Origin: Eubacteriales bacterium
GTDB lineage: Bacteria > Bacillota > Clostridia > Oscillospirales > RGIG5299
Assembly: GCA_045542315.1 (NCBI GenBank)
Contig: JAZQKU010000085.1
Location: forward strand, 1-53,618
DNA: 53,618 bases
Direction: 5' to 3'
Part shown: one piece after another, positions 9,648 through 19,682 of the stretch
Numbering within the stretch: position 1 is the first letter of the stretch
How the letters are laid out: each line of letters begins with the position of its first letter
Notes under the pieces: generated by a model
The model's database searches: none
Told to the model about the DNA's origin: nothing
What the model saw: only the letters and a program-made list of their open reading frames with translations
Position numbers and translations under genes: made by a program

Positions 9648-10442
9648 TTGAAAATAATCGATATGCACTGCCATATCTTCCCCGATAAGATAGCGCTTAA
9701 GGCGGCAGGTGCAATAGGAAATTTTTACGATATAACGATGGCGCACGACGGCACGAGAGAAAAGCTAGTGTCCCTTTGCGGCGCGTCGGGCGTTGAAACC
9801 GCGCTTGTTCATTCGGTGGCGTCAACAGCCTCACAGGTCGAAAAGATAAACGACTATATTGCCGCCTCGAAGGAGCTTTATCCCGAGCTTTTCGTGGGCT
9901 TTTTAACGATGCATCCCGACTATGAAAATATCCCTCTAGAGATAAAAAGAGCAAGGGAAATGGGGCTTGTGGGCGTTAAGATCCACCCCGATATGCAAAA
10001 ATTTGCCATAGACGATAAAAAGGCATACCCGATATACGAGGAGATTGCGGGAAAAATTCCGATACAGGTACATACGGGCGACCCGCGCCACGATTTTTCC
10101 CACCCCGAGATGATGGCAAGGGTAATGCGGGATTTTCCGAATCTCACCGTCATCGGCGCCCATTTCGGCGGCTGGTCTGAGTGGCAGAATGCCTCGGAAA
10201 TTTATAAAGGGCTTGATAATATCTTCATCGACACCTCGAGCTCGCTTTATCAGATGCCGCCCGAAACCGCGGCAAGGCTGATAAGAGAGTTCGGCGTTTC
10301 CAGGTGCTTTTTCGGCACCGACTATCCCATGTGGGATATAAACGAGGAGCTTGAGCGGTTTATGAGAGTGCCGCTTACCGACTCGGAGCGCGAGGATATT
10401 CTCTATAACAACGCGAAAAACTTTTTGAATAATTTGGCTTAA
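9648..10442 (+). CDS. Amidohydrolase family (TIM-barrel metal-dependent hydrolase)
   Basis: IIDMHCH, GVKIHP, HTGD, AHFGG, FGTDYP. TTG start chosen from the AAGGAG spacing; the ORF is open from 9627. Confidence 0.88.
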   Translation: MKIIDMHCHIFPDKIALKAAGAIGNFYDITMAHDGTREKLVSLCGASGVETALVHSVASTASQVEKINDYIAASKELYPELFVGFLTMHPDYENIPLEIKRAREMGLVGVKIHPDMQKFAIDDKKAYPIYEEIAGKIPIQVHTGDPRHDFSHPEMMARVMRDFPNLTVIGAHFGGWSEWQNASEIYKGLDNIFIDTSSSLYQMPPETAARLIREFGVSRCFFGTDYPMWDINEELERFMRVPLTDSEREDILYNNAKNFLNNLA

Positions 10443-10470
10443 AGCGGAGCAATATAAAGCAAAAGGGACG

Positions 10471-10845
10471 GTGTGTATTTTGGAACTTTTGCTTAGCTGC
10501 TTAAAGGCGTTTACGGTTGGCGGATTTATTTGTATGCTCGGACAGATACTCATTGACAGAACCAAGCTTACCCCGGCGAAGATTCTCGTTACGTTTTTGC
10601 TTTCGGGAATGGTGCTTGCTGCCTTCGGGCTTTACGATAAGCTGGTTTCGTTTGCGGGCGCGGGCGCTACTGTGCCCATCTCCGGCTTTGGAAGCGTGCT
10701 TATAAGCGGCGTAAAAAAGGCGATCGACGAAAAGGGCTTTTTGGGCATTTTCTCGGGCGGCCTTACGGGCGCGGGGGCGGGAATTGCCGCGGCAATAACG
10801 TTTGGCTTTCTTTTTGCCCTGATATTCAAGCCGAAAAGAAAATAA
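10471..10845 (+). CDS. spoVAE: Stage V sporulation protein AE (SpoVAC/SpoVAEb family)
   Basis: AFTVGGFICMLGQILID..KLTP, FAGAGATVPISGFG, C-terminal IFKPK. Confidence 0.85.
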   Translation: MCILELLLSCLKAFTVGGFICMLGQILIDRTKLTPAKILVTFLLSGMVLAAFGLYDKLVSFAGAGATVPISGFGSVLISGVKKAIDEKGFLGIFSGGLTGAGAGIAAAITFGFLFALIFKPKRK

Positions 10846-10850
10846 AAAAT

Positions 10851-10888
10851 AAAACAGTGCCTTGGGCGTAATGCCAAGGCACTGTTTT
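10851..10888. terminator. Bidirectional terminator between convergent genes
   Basis: AAAACAGTGCCTTGG / CCAAGGCACTGTTTT. Confidence 0.85.
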
Positions 10889-10903
10889 GCTTTGTGAATT
10901 AAG

Positions 10904-11089
10904 TCAGCTTTGTTCCTTTGGAAGCTCGATGACGCCCTCTGCTTTCTCAAAGGCCTTTATCTCCTGACGGATAAGATACAAAATCTCTCCGTTTGCGGAG
11001 CGTCCGTAATATTTTGAAATATAGTGGAGCTTATAATGAAGCTCGGGGTCGATTTCTATTCCGAGATGCTTGTTCTTTTTGTTTCTCAT
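10904..11089 (-). CDS. Arc-like ribbon-helix-helix DNA-binding protein (61 aa)
   Basis: HLGIEIDPELHYKL...GRSANGEILYLI fits the Arc/RHH pattern. AGGAG precedes the MRNKK start. Confidence 0.75.
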   Translation of the reverse strand: MRNKKNKHLGIEIDPELHYKLHYISKYYGRSANGEILYLIRQEIKAFEKAEGVIELPKEQS

Positions 11090-11151
11090 AAAAATCTCCT
11101 GAAAAATCTTAATATAAGTATATTTTAAGATTATTTTGTGGTATAATGTTG

Positions 11152-11178
11152 TTAGTATACTTGAATTAAGTATACTAA
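11152..11178. promoter_or_regulatory. Palindromic operator candidate between the divergent RHH and SLOG genes
   Basis: Perfect inverted repeat TTAGTATACTT-N5-AAGTATACTAA just downstream of a TGGTATAAT extended -10. Confidence 0.55.
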
Positions 11179-11199
11179 ATTTAAAATTCGGGGATTTAT

Positions 11200-11535
11200 A
11201 TGAAGGTTGCAATTATCGGATCCAGAAATATAACGCAAATAGACGTTGGAAAATACCTGTCGAACAACGATGAAATCGTATCGGGTGGAGCAGTGGGAGT
11301 AGATAGCTGTGCAGAAAAATACGCAAGTGAAAATGGCGTAAAAATCAGCGTGTTTTTGCCAAATTATGAACGTTACGGCAAAGCCGCACCTATTATCAGA
11401 AACAGAGAAATTGTTGATTTTGCAGATAAGGTCATTGCGTTTTGGGACGGCAGGTCAAAGGGAACCTTATCGGTGATAAAATACGCTCAAAAAAGGGGAA
11501 AACCCTGCGAAATTATTGTTCTTGAATCGACATAA
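11200..11535 (+). CDS. Small SLOG-superfamily (DprA/YspA/DUF2493-like) Rossmann-fold protein
   Basis: VAIIGSR, IVSGGAVGVD, AAPIIRNREIV, AFWDGRSKGT. Confidence 0.8.
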   Translation: MKVAIIGSRNITQIDVGKYLSNNDEIVSGGAVGVDSCAEKYASENGVKISVFLPNYERYGKAAPIIRNREIVDFADKVIAFWDGRSKGTLSVIKYAQKRGKPCEIIVLEST

Positions 11536-11570
11536 GCAGACGGAAAAGGTAAAATTTTCCGTCTGCTTTT
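11534..11570 (+). terminator. Rho-independent terminator
   Basis: AAGCAGACGGAAAA / TTTTCCGTCTGCTTTT. Confidence 0.8.
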
Positions 11571-11720
11571 ATTTAGAGGGCAAATATTGCGCGGGCTGAT
11601 TAAAAAAGTTTAAAAAATAACAAAAAAACAGTTGAAAAAAAGCCGCAATAATGTTATTATATTATAATAATATTATTATATAATGGAAAGCTATGTAAAA
11701 ACGCGGAAAGCAGGTAGAAT

Positions 11721-14700
11721 ATGCGCTTAAATTCCATAACTATTCAGGGCTTCAAATCCTTCCCCGATAAAATAAATATAGATTTTTCCGACGGACTTAC
11801 CGCAATCGTAGGTCCCAACGGAAGCGGAAAGAGCAACATCTCCGACGCGGTCCGATGGGTGCTCGGTGAGATGAGCGCGAAATCACTTCGCGGCGGCAAG
11901 ATGGAGGACGTCATTTTTAACGGCACCAAGATAAGAAAGCCCTACGGCTTTGCCGAGGTCTCCTTGACTCTTGATAACTCCGACCGCCACTTCAACTACG
12001 ATTTCAACGAGATAACCGTAACCAGACGTTATTTCCGCTCGGGCGAGAGCGAGTATTTCATAAACAAGCAGCAGGTAAGACTTCGCGATATCAACGAGCT
12101 GTTTATGGATACCGGTCTTGGCAAGGACGGATATTCTATGATAGGTCAGGGCCGAATAAGCGAGATACTTTCCTCAAAAAGCGAGGACAGACGTCAGATA
12201 TTCGAAGAGGCGGCGGGTATTTCAAAGTTCCGCTATAAGAAAAACGAGGCGGAGAGAAAGCTTAACGCCGCAGAAGATAATCTTCTTCGCTTGAATGATA
12301 TAATCACCGAGCTTGAGGCAAGAGTGGGACCCTTGAAGGAGCAGAGCGAAAAGGCAAAGAAATATCTCCTTTTGAGAGATGAGAAAAAGGGTCTTGAAAT
12401 AAACGTATGGCTCGACGCAATCGACAAAATGACCGAAACGGTAAAGGCTGCAGAGGAAAAATACAGAATAGCAAGGGCAGACCTCGATTCGGCAGAGATC
12501 GCCTCGGAAAAGACCGCAGAGGAAATAAACTCCCTCTTTGAGCTTTCGGCGGCGCTTAACGTTGAGACCGACGAGCTTATGAGAAAGATCGAGGAGCTTC
12601 GCGCAAAACAGAGCGATGACGACGGCAGAGCGATAGAGATCAAGGCAAATATCGCGAGAAACGAAGCCGACGTTTTGAGAATAAGAAATGAGATCGGCGG
12701 CGGCGAGGGAAGAAAGGCAGAGCTTTTAAAGGAAAAGGAAGAGCAGCTTAAGAAGATCTCCGCAACCGAAAAGGAGATCGCGGCGCTTGACGGTGAGATG
12801 AAGGCGCACCTTCTTCAGAACGAGCTCTTCGATAAGGAAAACAGCGAAAACGCCGAGGAAGCGGCAAAGATAAGAGGCGAGATAGCCGAAAACCAGACGA
12901 GATACACCTCCCTTTTGGTTGAGGCGGGCTCTGTCTCCACCGAGCTTTCGGGTGCGGCCTTCGACATTGAAAAGATGAAGGAGGACCTCGAAAAAGCCAA
13001 AGAGGAGCTTGCAAGCCGTGAAATAATAAAGGCGGAATTCGATAAAAAGGAAGCCGCGGTAAAGGAAAACAGGGAAAATCTTTCAAACGTTTTAAACGGC
13101 TGGAGCTTAAAGCTAAGCGGCAGGGAAAAGGCGGCGGCAGATGCCAAGACGGCCTTTGACAGCGCAAATGCCCGCATTGCATCTATGAACGACAGGCTTT
13201 CTCTCCTTACCGATATGGAGAAAAACTACGTAGGCTTTTACAACAGCATCAAGGCGGTTATGGACGCTTCCTCCAAAAACGCACTTAAGGGCATTAAGAC
13301 CACCGTTGCCGAGGCAATAAAAACGGATAACCGATATGCGCTTGCAATGGAAACGCTGCTCGGCGCGGCGCTTCAGAATATTATAACCGACACCGAGGAT
13401 TCGGCAAAGGCGGCAGTTGAATACTTAAAGGCAAACGACCTCGGACGCGCCACCTTCCTTCCCATAAACGCGGTTAAGGGCGGAGTTTTGAATGCCGCCG
13501 AGCTTAAAGGGCATCAGGGCTATATAGGCATTGCCTCGGAGCTCGTTGAATATAAGCCCGAATATAAGGGTGTTATTGAATATCTGCTTGGCAGAAGCGC
13601 CGTGGTTGAAACGATAGGCGACGCAATAAGGCTTGCACGTGCCTTCGGTTACCGCTTCCGTGCGGTAACGCTCGACGGTCAGCTTATCAACGCAGGCGGC
13701 TCGATAACGGGCGGCTCGTCGGTAAAGAGAGTCGGCGTTTTCACAAGAGCAAACGAAATAGAAGAGATAAAGGCAAAGCTTATAACGGCAGAAAAAGAAA
13801 GAGAGAAGCTCGAAGCGGCTTATAAGACATCGGAGGCAGAGGTCGCAGAGCTAAAGGCAAAGACCGACGGTGCCGCGGCAGAGCTTCGCACCGCAGAGGA
13901 GGAGCTTATCAAATGCACCGCCGATTGCGGTCACGCCGCACTCGTTTGCGACGCGGCAGGCGAGGCGGTTGAAAGTCTTACGCTTGCCCTTTCCTCGAAG
14001 GAGCAGTTCAAGGCGGCATACGCCGCGAAAAAGGCGGAGAATGCAAAGCTTTCCGAGGAATGCGCCCGTGTTGCAGGGGAACTTGAGGCAAAGCTTATTA
14101 AGATTACCGGAAGCGGAAGCGATATTGAAGCAAAGCAAAAGGCGCTTTTGGAAAAGATATCCTCCGTCCGCTTCGATATAGCGGCAAAGACCAAGGATAT
14201 AGAGGCGCTCCGTATGCTTGCCTCGGAGCTTGACAGGCAGGTTGCCACGGAACAGAGCTTTGCGGCAGATAAGGAAGCCGAAATTTCCGAGATAGCCTTG
14301 AGAAACGAAGAGCTTTCGAAGGAGCTTTCCGAAATCGTTTCGGCAAAGGAAAAGATAGCAAGCGAGATCGAGCTTTCGCAAAACGGCATAACCGAGATCA
14401 GAATAAAGAGAGATACCGCAGAGCAGAGGATAAACGATCTTCGCAAAAAGGAAAAGGCAGATACCGACCGTATTGCCGCATTGAAGGCAGACACGGCAAG
14501 ACTCGAGGCAAAGACAGAGGCTGCCAAAAACGAATACGACGTAATCGTTACCCGTATGTGGGACGAATACGAGCTTACTCTCACCGAGGCGGAATCGCTT
14601 CGCACCGAGCTTGAAAGCGTGACGGGCGCCCAGAAGAGAATAAACGAAATAAAGAAAGAGATAAAGTCACTCGGCGACGTAAACGTTTCCGCCATTGAGG

Positions 14701-15290
14701 AATACGCAGAGGTAAGCGAGAGATACGAGACCTTAAGCGTTCAGTATAAGGACGTAACGAGCGCAAAGACCGAGCTTGAAAAGATAATCGGTGAGCTTAC
14801 CGTTGAAATGAAGCGTATCTTCGAGGTGCAGTTTGCCGTTATCAACAAGCATTTCGATGCGGTATTCAAGGAGCTTTTCGGCGGCGGCGAGGCCGCGCTC
14901 GAGCTTTCCGAGCCGGGCGATATTCTGAATTCCGGAATCGACTTCAAGGTTGCCCCTCCCGGAAAGGTCATCAAGAATATGAGCTCCCTTTCGGGCGGCG
15001 AGCAGGCGCTCGTTGCAATAGCACTTTATTTTGCAATACTTAAGGTTCGTCCCGCGCCGTTTTGCATACTCGACGAGATCGAGGCGGCGCTCGACGAGGT
15101 AAACGTTGTCCGTTTTGCCGACTACTTAAAGACGGTAAACGACAAAACGCAGTTTATCGTAATCACCCACCGTCGCGGCACCATGGAGGCGGCAGACGTG
15201 CTTTACGGCGTAACGATGCAGGAAAAGGGTGTTTCCAAGCTGCTCGTTATAAACGTTTCCGATATTGAAAAGAATTTCCCCATCAAATAA
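11721..15290 (+). CDS. smc: Chromosome segregation protein SMC
   Basis: GFKSF, Walker A GPNGSGKS, coiled coils, hinge GRATFLP, LSGGE signature, LDEIEAALD. Confidence 0.97.
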   Translation: MRLNSITIQGFKSFPDKINIDFSDGLTAIVGPNGSGKSNISDAVRWVLGEMSAKSLRGGKMEDVIFNGTKIRKPYGFAEVSLTLDNSDRHFNYDFNEITVTRRYFRSGESEYFINKQQVRLRDINELFMDTGLGKDGYSMIGQGRISEILSSKSEDRRQIFEEAAGISKFRYKKNEAERKLNAAEDNLLRLNDIITELEARVGPLKEQSEKAKKYLLLRDEKKGLEINVWLDAIDKMTETVKAAEEKYRIARADLDSAEIASEKTAEEINSLFELSAALNVETDELMRKIEELRAKQSDDDGRAIEIKANIARNEADVLRIRNEIGGGEGRKAELLKEKEEQLKKISATEKEIAALDGEMKAHLLQNELFDKENSENAEEAAKIRGEIAENQTRYTSLLVEAGSVSTELSGAAFDIEKMKEDLEKAKEELASREIIKAEFDKKEAAVKENRENLSNVLNGWSLKLSGREKAAADAKTAFDSANARIASMNDRLSLLTDMEKNYVGFYNSIKAVMDASSKNALKGIKTTVAEAIKTDNRYALAMETLLGAALQNIITDTEDSAKAAVEYLKANDLGRATFLPINAVKGGVLNAAELKGHQGYIGIASELVEYKPEYKGVIEYLLGRSAVVETIGDAIRLARAFGYRFRAVTLDGQLINAGGSITGGSSVKRVGVFTRANEIEEIKAKLITAEKEREKLEAAYKTSEAEVAELKAKTDGAAAELRTAEEELIKCTADCGHAALVCDAAGEAVESLTLALSSKEQFKAAYAAKKAENAKLSEECARVAGELEAKLIKITGSGSDIEAKQKALLEKISSVRFDIAAKTKDIEALRMLASELDRQVATEQSFAADKEAEISEIALRNEELSKELSEIVSAKEKIASEIELSQNGITEIRIKRDTAEQRINDLRKKEKADTDRIAALKADTARLEAKTEAAKNEYDVIVTRMWDEYELTLTEAESLRTELESVTGAQKRINEIKKEIKSLGDVNVSAIEEYAEVSERYETLSVQYKDVTSAKTELEKIIGELTVEMKRIFEVQFAVINKHFDAVFKELFGGGEAALELSEPGDILNSGIDFKVAPPGKVIKNMSSLSGGEQALVAIALYFAILKVRPAPFCILDEIEAALDEVNVVRFADYLKTVNDKTQFIVITHRRGTMEAADVLYGVTMQEKGVSKLLVINVSDIEKNFPIK

Positions 15291-15305
15291 TTTTAAGGTG
15301 TTAAT

Positions 15306-16196
15306 ATGAGCTTTTTTGACAAAATCAAGGCAGGCCTTGCAAAAACGACGAAATCGATAGGTCACGCCTTTACCTTCAACAAAATAGACGACGATACCCT
15401 TGAGGAGCTTTTGGAGGCGCTCGTTATGGCAGACTGCGGAATCGAGACCGCGGAGGGCATAATCGAGAGACTGAAAACGGAGGCAAAGGAGCGTCACGTA
15501 ACCAAAGAGGAGGAGGCAAGAGCGCTTTTGACCGAGATAATCGCCTCCGAAATGGAGGGCGGAAGCTTCGACTTTTCGGGCAAGCCCTCGGTAATACTCG
15601 TAGTCGGTGTAAACGGCGCGGGTAAGACCACAACCATCGGTAAGCTTTCAAATCTTCTTGTAAAAGAGGGCAAAAGGGTGCTGGTCGGCGCAGCCGACAC
15701 CTTCCGTGCCGCTGCGGTCGAGCAGCTTGGCGTTTGGTGTGAAAGAGCGGGTGCCGAGATGATAAGCGAAAAAGAGGGAGCGGATCCCGCGTCGGTCGTT
15801 TTTAACACTATATCGGCGGCAAAGGCAAAGAAGGCTGACGTTGTTATAATCGACACCGCAGGCAGGCTTCAGAATAAGAAAAATCTAATGGACGAGCTTT
15901 CAAAGATAAGAAGAGTTATTGCAAGAGAGCTTCCCGATGCTCCCGTTGAGACCCTTTTGGTAATCGACGGCACTACCGGGCAGAACGGCATTTCGCAGGC
16001 AAAGGAATTCACGGCGGTAGCCGAGGTAACGGCAGTTGCGGTAACCAAGCTCGACGGCACCGCAAAGGGCGGCGTTACCCTTTCGGTAAAGAAGGAGCTC
16101 GGCATTCCGGTAAAGCTTATCGGCGTTGGCGAAAAGATAGACGATATGGACTTTTTCGTTCCCAGAGAATTTGCGGCGGCGCTTATTGAGGGATAA
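15306..16196 (+). CDS. ftsY: Signal recognition particle receptor FtsY
   Basis: GVNGAGKTTT, DTFRAAA, DTAGR, TKLDGTAKGG. Confidence 0.97.
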   Translation: MSFFDKIKAGLAKTTKSIGHAFTFNKIDDDTLEELLEALVMADCGIETAEGIIERLKTEAKERHVTKEEEARALLTEIIASEMEGGSFDFSGKPSVILVVGVNGAGKTTTIGKLSNLLVKEGKRVLVGAADTFRAAAVEQLGVWCERAGAEMISEKEGADPASVVFNTISAAKAKKADVVIIDTAGRLQNKKNLMDELSKIRRVIARELPDAPVETLLVIDGTTGQNGISQAKEFTAVAEVTAVAVTKLDGTAKGGVTLSVKKELGIPVKLIGVGEKIDDMDFFVPREFAAALIEG

Positions 16197-16199
16197 ACT

Positions 16200-16916
16200 A
16201 TGAGAGAAAACAGAAAAAACGGAGAGCTCCGTAAAATAAAAATAACTAAAGGATTTATAAATCAGCCCTGCTCATCGGTGCTTATCGAATGGGGCAACAC
16301 CAAGGTTCTTTGCTCCGCAACGGTTGAGGAGAGAGTTCCTCCCCACGTTCTCGGAAGCGGCGCAGGCTGGGTAACGGCGGAGTATTCGATGCTTCCCGCA
16401 TCTACCGCCACGAGAAACCAGAGAGATATAAACAAATTGAAGCTTTCGGCAAGAAGTGCCGAGATTCAGCGCCTTATCGGACGTTCGCTTCGTGCGGCGG
16501 TGGATATGAAAAAGCTCGGCGAGCGCCAGATAACCGTTGACTGCGACGTTTTATCGGCTGACGGCGGCACGCGATGCGCTTCTGTAACGGGCGGCTTTAT
16601 TGCTCTTGCGCTTGCCTGCAAAAAGCTCGTGGCAGAGGGCGTTATTGAGGAAAGCCCCATCGTGAATCAGGTTGCGGCGGTTTCGGTAGGCGTTGTTGAG
16701 GGCGAGGTACTTTGCGACCTTGAATATACCGAGGATTCAACCGCCGAGGTCGATATGAACGTGGTAATGACCGATAAAGGCTCCTTCGTTGAGCTTCAGG
16801 GCACGGGCGAGCACGGTGTTTTTGCCGATATGGAGCTTAAGAAGCTGATAGCTTCGGCAAAGGCGGGGCTTAAGAAAATATTTGCCATACAAAAGAGGGT
16901 AATTGAAAATGACTGA
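16200..16916 (+). CDS. rph: Ribonuclease PH
   Basis: GNTKVLC, GWVTAEYSMLP, EIQRLIGRSLR, ADGGTRCAS. Confidence 0.96.
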   Translation: MRENRKNGELRKIKITKGFINQPCSSVLIEWGNTKVLCSATVEERVPPHVLGSGAGWVTAEYSMLPASTATRNQRDINKLKLSARSAEIQRLIGRSLRAAVDMKKLGERQITVDCDVLSADGGTRCASVTGGFIALALACKKLVAEGVIEESPIVNQVAAVSVGVVEGEVLCDLEYTEDSTAEVDMNVVMTDKGSFVELQGTGEHGVFADMELKKLIASAKAGLKKIFAIQKRVIEND

Positions 16917-17502
16917 AATAGTTTTAGCCTCCGATAACGTAAAAAAGCTTAAGGAGCTCAAGGAAATACTCTCCGACGGCGACTTTAAGCTCGTCACCAA
17001 GAGTGAGGCGGGCTACTTTGAAGAGGTTGAGGAAAACGGCACTACCTTCGAGGAAAATTCCTTTATAAAGGCAAATGAGGTCATGAAGCACACCGGCAAG
17101 ATCTCCGTTGCCGACGATTCGGGTCTTGAGGTCGATTGCCTTGGCGGCGAGCCCGGCGTTTACTCAAAAAGATATGCGGGCGAGGACGCAACCGACGACG
17201 AAAAAATTGATTATTTACTTAATAAAATAAGAGAGACCGGCGAGCAAAACCCAACGGCGCGCTTCGTTTCGGTTATAACCTGCGTTTATCCTACGGGTGA
17301 GCATTTCTCGGTAAGAGGAAGCTGCGAGGGTAAAATCATCTTCGAGAAAAAGGGAGAGGGCGGCTTCGGCTACGATCCCGTATTCCTGCCCGACGGCTTC
17401 GATAAGACCTTTTCCGAGCTTTCGGCAGAGGAAAAAAACGCAATAAGCCACAGAGGAAACGCATTAAGACTTTTTGCGGCGGAATTTGCAAAAAGAAAAT
17501 AA
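16909..17502 (+). CDS. rdgB: dITP/XTP pyrophosphatase (Ham1 family)
   Basis: ENGTTFEEN, ADDSGL, PGVYS, GFGYDP, KNAISHR. Confidence 0.95.
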   Translation: MTEIVLASDNVKKLKELKEILSDGDFKLVTKSEAGYFEEVEENGTTFEENSFIKANEVMKHTGKISVADDSGLEVDCLGGEPGVYSKRYAGEDATDDEKIDYLLNKIRETGEQNPTARFVSVITCVYPTGEHFSVRGSCEGKIIFEKKGEGGFGYDPVFLPDGFDKTFSELSAEEKNAISHRGNALRLFAAEFAKRK

Positions 17503-17514
17503 AGGAAGATATCG

Positions 17515-18120
17515 GTGGATTATTTAAGGCTTTACGACGAAATAACAGAGAAGGCAAGGTCCCTTTCAAAAAAGCCCACGCTTTTGCTTCACTCCTGTTG
17601 CGCACCCTGCTCAACCTCGGTGATAAAAAGGCTTTCGGAGATTTTTGAAATAACGGTTTTTTATTCAAATTCAAATATTTATCCAAAGGCGGAATACGAA
17701 AAGCGCAAAAAGGAGCAGATCAGGTTTTGCGAGATCGCAGGCGTCCCCTTTTCGGAGGATAACTACCTTCACACAGAATTTACCGCTTTTGCGGCGGAGC
17801 TTAAAGACGAGAGGGAAGGCGGAGCGCGGTGCGAAAAATGTATTGCCTACCGCATGGAAAAAGCCGCAAGGGAAGCAGCCGAAAATAAATTTGATTATTT
17901 CACCACCACTCTTTCTGTTTCACCCCACAAAAACGCACCGTTTATAAACAAAACCGGGGCAGAGCTTGAAGAAAAATACGGCGTTGGATTTTTATACGCA
18001 GACTTCAAGAAAAAGGACGGATATTTGAATTCGATAAAAATTTCAAAAGAGCTTGATATATACAGACAAAGCTATTGCGGCTGTGAGTTTTCGATTGATA
18101 AGGAGGCGATAAAGCCTTGA
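17515..18120 (+). CDS. queH: Epoxyqueuosine reductase QueH (DUF208)
   Basis: LLHSCCAPCS, RCEKC, TTTLSVSPHK, YRQSYCGC. Confidence 0.9.
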   Translation: MDYLRLYDEITEKARSLSKKPTLLLHSCCAPCSTSVIKRLSEIFEITVFYSNSNIYPKAEYEKRKKEQIRFCEIAGVPFSEDNYLHTEFTAFAAELKDEREGGARCEKCIAYRMEKAAREAAENKFDYFTTTLSVSPHKNAPFINKTGAELEEKYGVGFLYADFKKKDGYLNSIKISKELDIYRQSYCGCEFSIDKEAIKP

Positions 18121-19301
18121 AAATAGCAATATACGGCGGCACCTTCGATCCGCCGCATCTCGGTCACGAGCTTTTCATAAAGGAATTCATAAAGCTTTAT
18201 CGGCCTGATAAGATCTTTGTAATTCCCACAAAGATACCGCCTCATAAGGCGTGTGAGACCACGGGTGCCGCAGACCGCGTTGCGATGGCGAGGCTTGCCT
18301 TTAAGGGAATTGCGGAGGTAAGCGACTGTGAGATAAAGCGTAAGGGTAAAAGCTACACCGTTGATACCCTGGAATATTTTAAAAAGCGGTATCCCGATTC
18401 GGAAATTTATATGATAATCGGAAGCGATATGCTGCTTACCTTTGACGAGTGGCGGTGTCCGCGAAGAATTTTAGAGCTTGCAACGGTCGTTGCCGCTCCG
18501 CGAATCGAAAGCGAAGAGCTTGTTAATGAGATGAGGGAAAAGGCAAGAGGTATAACCGAGAGAATGGGCGGTAAAATAGAGGTGATGCCCATTACTCCGC
18601 GCGAGATATCCTCAACCGAGATAAGAGAGGGCGCCGAAAACGCCGTTTCGCCCGCCGTGGCAAAATATATTTCAAAGCGCGGGCTTTATAAAGAAAGCGA
18701 AAAGATAAAGGAAATCAAAGAGGTGCTTTCAAAGCGGCTTTCCTATAAGCGATATTACCACTCTCTCGGAGTTATGAATACTGCGGCAGAGCTTGCCGCC
18801 CGCTACGGAAACGATATTGAACGGGCAAAGCTTGCGGGAATACTTCACGACTGCACCAAGGAGTACCCACTTGAAAAGCAGTATGAGATAATTGAGCGTT
18901 ACGGCGTTGAAATTCCCGAAGACGAAATAACCGTTGAAAAGCTTTTGCACTCAAGAACGGGTGCGGTAATGGCAAAAGAGGAATTCGGCGTGACCGATAA
19001 AGAGGTGCTTTCGGCAATAAGCTGCCACACCGCGGGCAAGGAGAATATGACGGAATTTGAGAAAATTCTCTTTTTGGCCGATTTTATCGACCCCTCGCGT
19101 GATTACCGCGGCGTTGAAGCAATAAGAAAAAAGGCGTTTAAGGACCTCGACGAGGCGATACTCGATTGCACCTCGTTTACGGTAAAGGACCTTGCAAAAA
19201 GAGGAAAAACGATTGCACTTAACACCGTGCTGTGCTACAACTCCACGGTTAAGGCAGTAAAGATAAAAAGACAACTTAACGATAAGGAGAAACAGAAATG
19301 A
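18117..19301 (+). CDS. nadD: Nicotinate-nucleotide adenylyltransferase fused to a YqeK-like HD-domain Ap4A hydrolase
   Basis: N-terminal GGTFDPPHLGH, SYTVDT, ISST. C-terminal RYYHSLGV, LHDCTK, ADFID. Confidence 0.92.
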   Translation: MKIAIYGGTFDPPHLGHELFIKEFIKLYRPDKIFVIPTKIPPHKACETTGAADRVAMARLAFKGIAEVSDCEIKRKGKSYTVDTLEYFKKRYPDSEIYMIIGSDMLLTFDEWRCPRRILELATVVAAPRIESEELVNEMREKARGITERMGGKIEVMPITPREISSTEIREGAENAVSPAVAKYISKRGLYKESEKIKEIKEVLSKRLSYKRYYHSLGVMNTAAELAARYGNDIERAKLAGILHDCTKEYPLEKQYEIIERYGVEIPEDEITVEKLLHSRTGAVMAKEEFGVTDKEVLSAISCHTAGKENMTEFEKILFLADFIDPSRDYRGVEAIRKKAFKDLDEAILDCTSFTVKDLAKRGKTIALNTVLCYNSTVKAVKIKRQLNDKEKQK

Positions 19302-19663
19302 AGGATATTTTTGAAGCGGTAAAAATTGCGGTCAAGGCGCTTGACAGCAAAAAGGCCGACGATATCAAGGTTATAAAAACGGCGGGAATAACCGACCTTG
19401 CGGAATATATAATCATCTGCACGGGCTCTTCCTCGACCAAAATCAAAACTCTTGCAGACCTTGCGGAGGTAACTCTTGCCGAAAACGGCGAGGAGGTCCT
19501 TCACCGCGAGGGATATATGGAGGGCAACTGGGTGCTTCTTGACTACGGCGCATTTATAATAAACGTTTTCAACAGCAAAACGAGAGAATTTTACGCCCTT
19601 GAGCAGCTTTGGCAAAACGGCGAAGAAATAGCCATTAGCGACATTGTAACCCCTGAAGAATAA
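19298..19663 (+). CDS. rsfS: Ribosome silencing factor
   Basis: [27 protein letters not shown]. Confidence 0.93.
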   Translation: MKDIFEAVKIAVKALDSKKADDIKVIKTAGITDLAEYIIICTGSSSTKIKTLADLAEVTLAENGEEVLHREGYMEGNWVLLDYGAFIINVFNSKTREFYALEQLWQNGEEIAISDIVTPEE

Positions 19664-19682
19664 TCGGCAAGGAGAATGGAAA

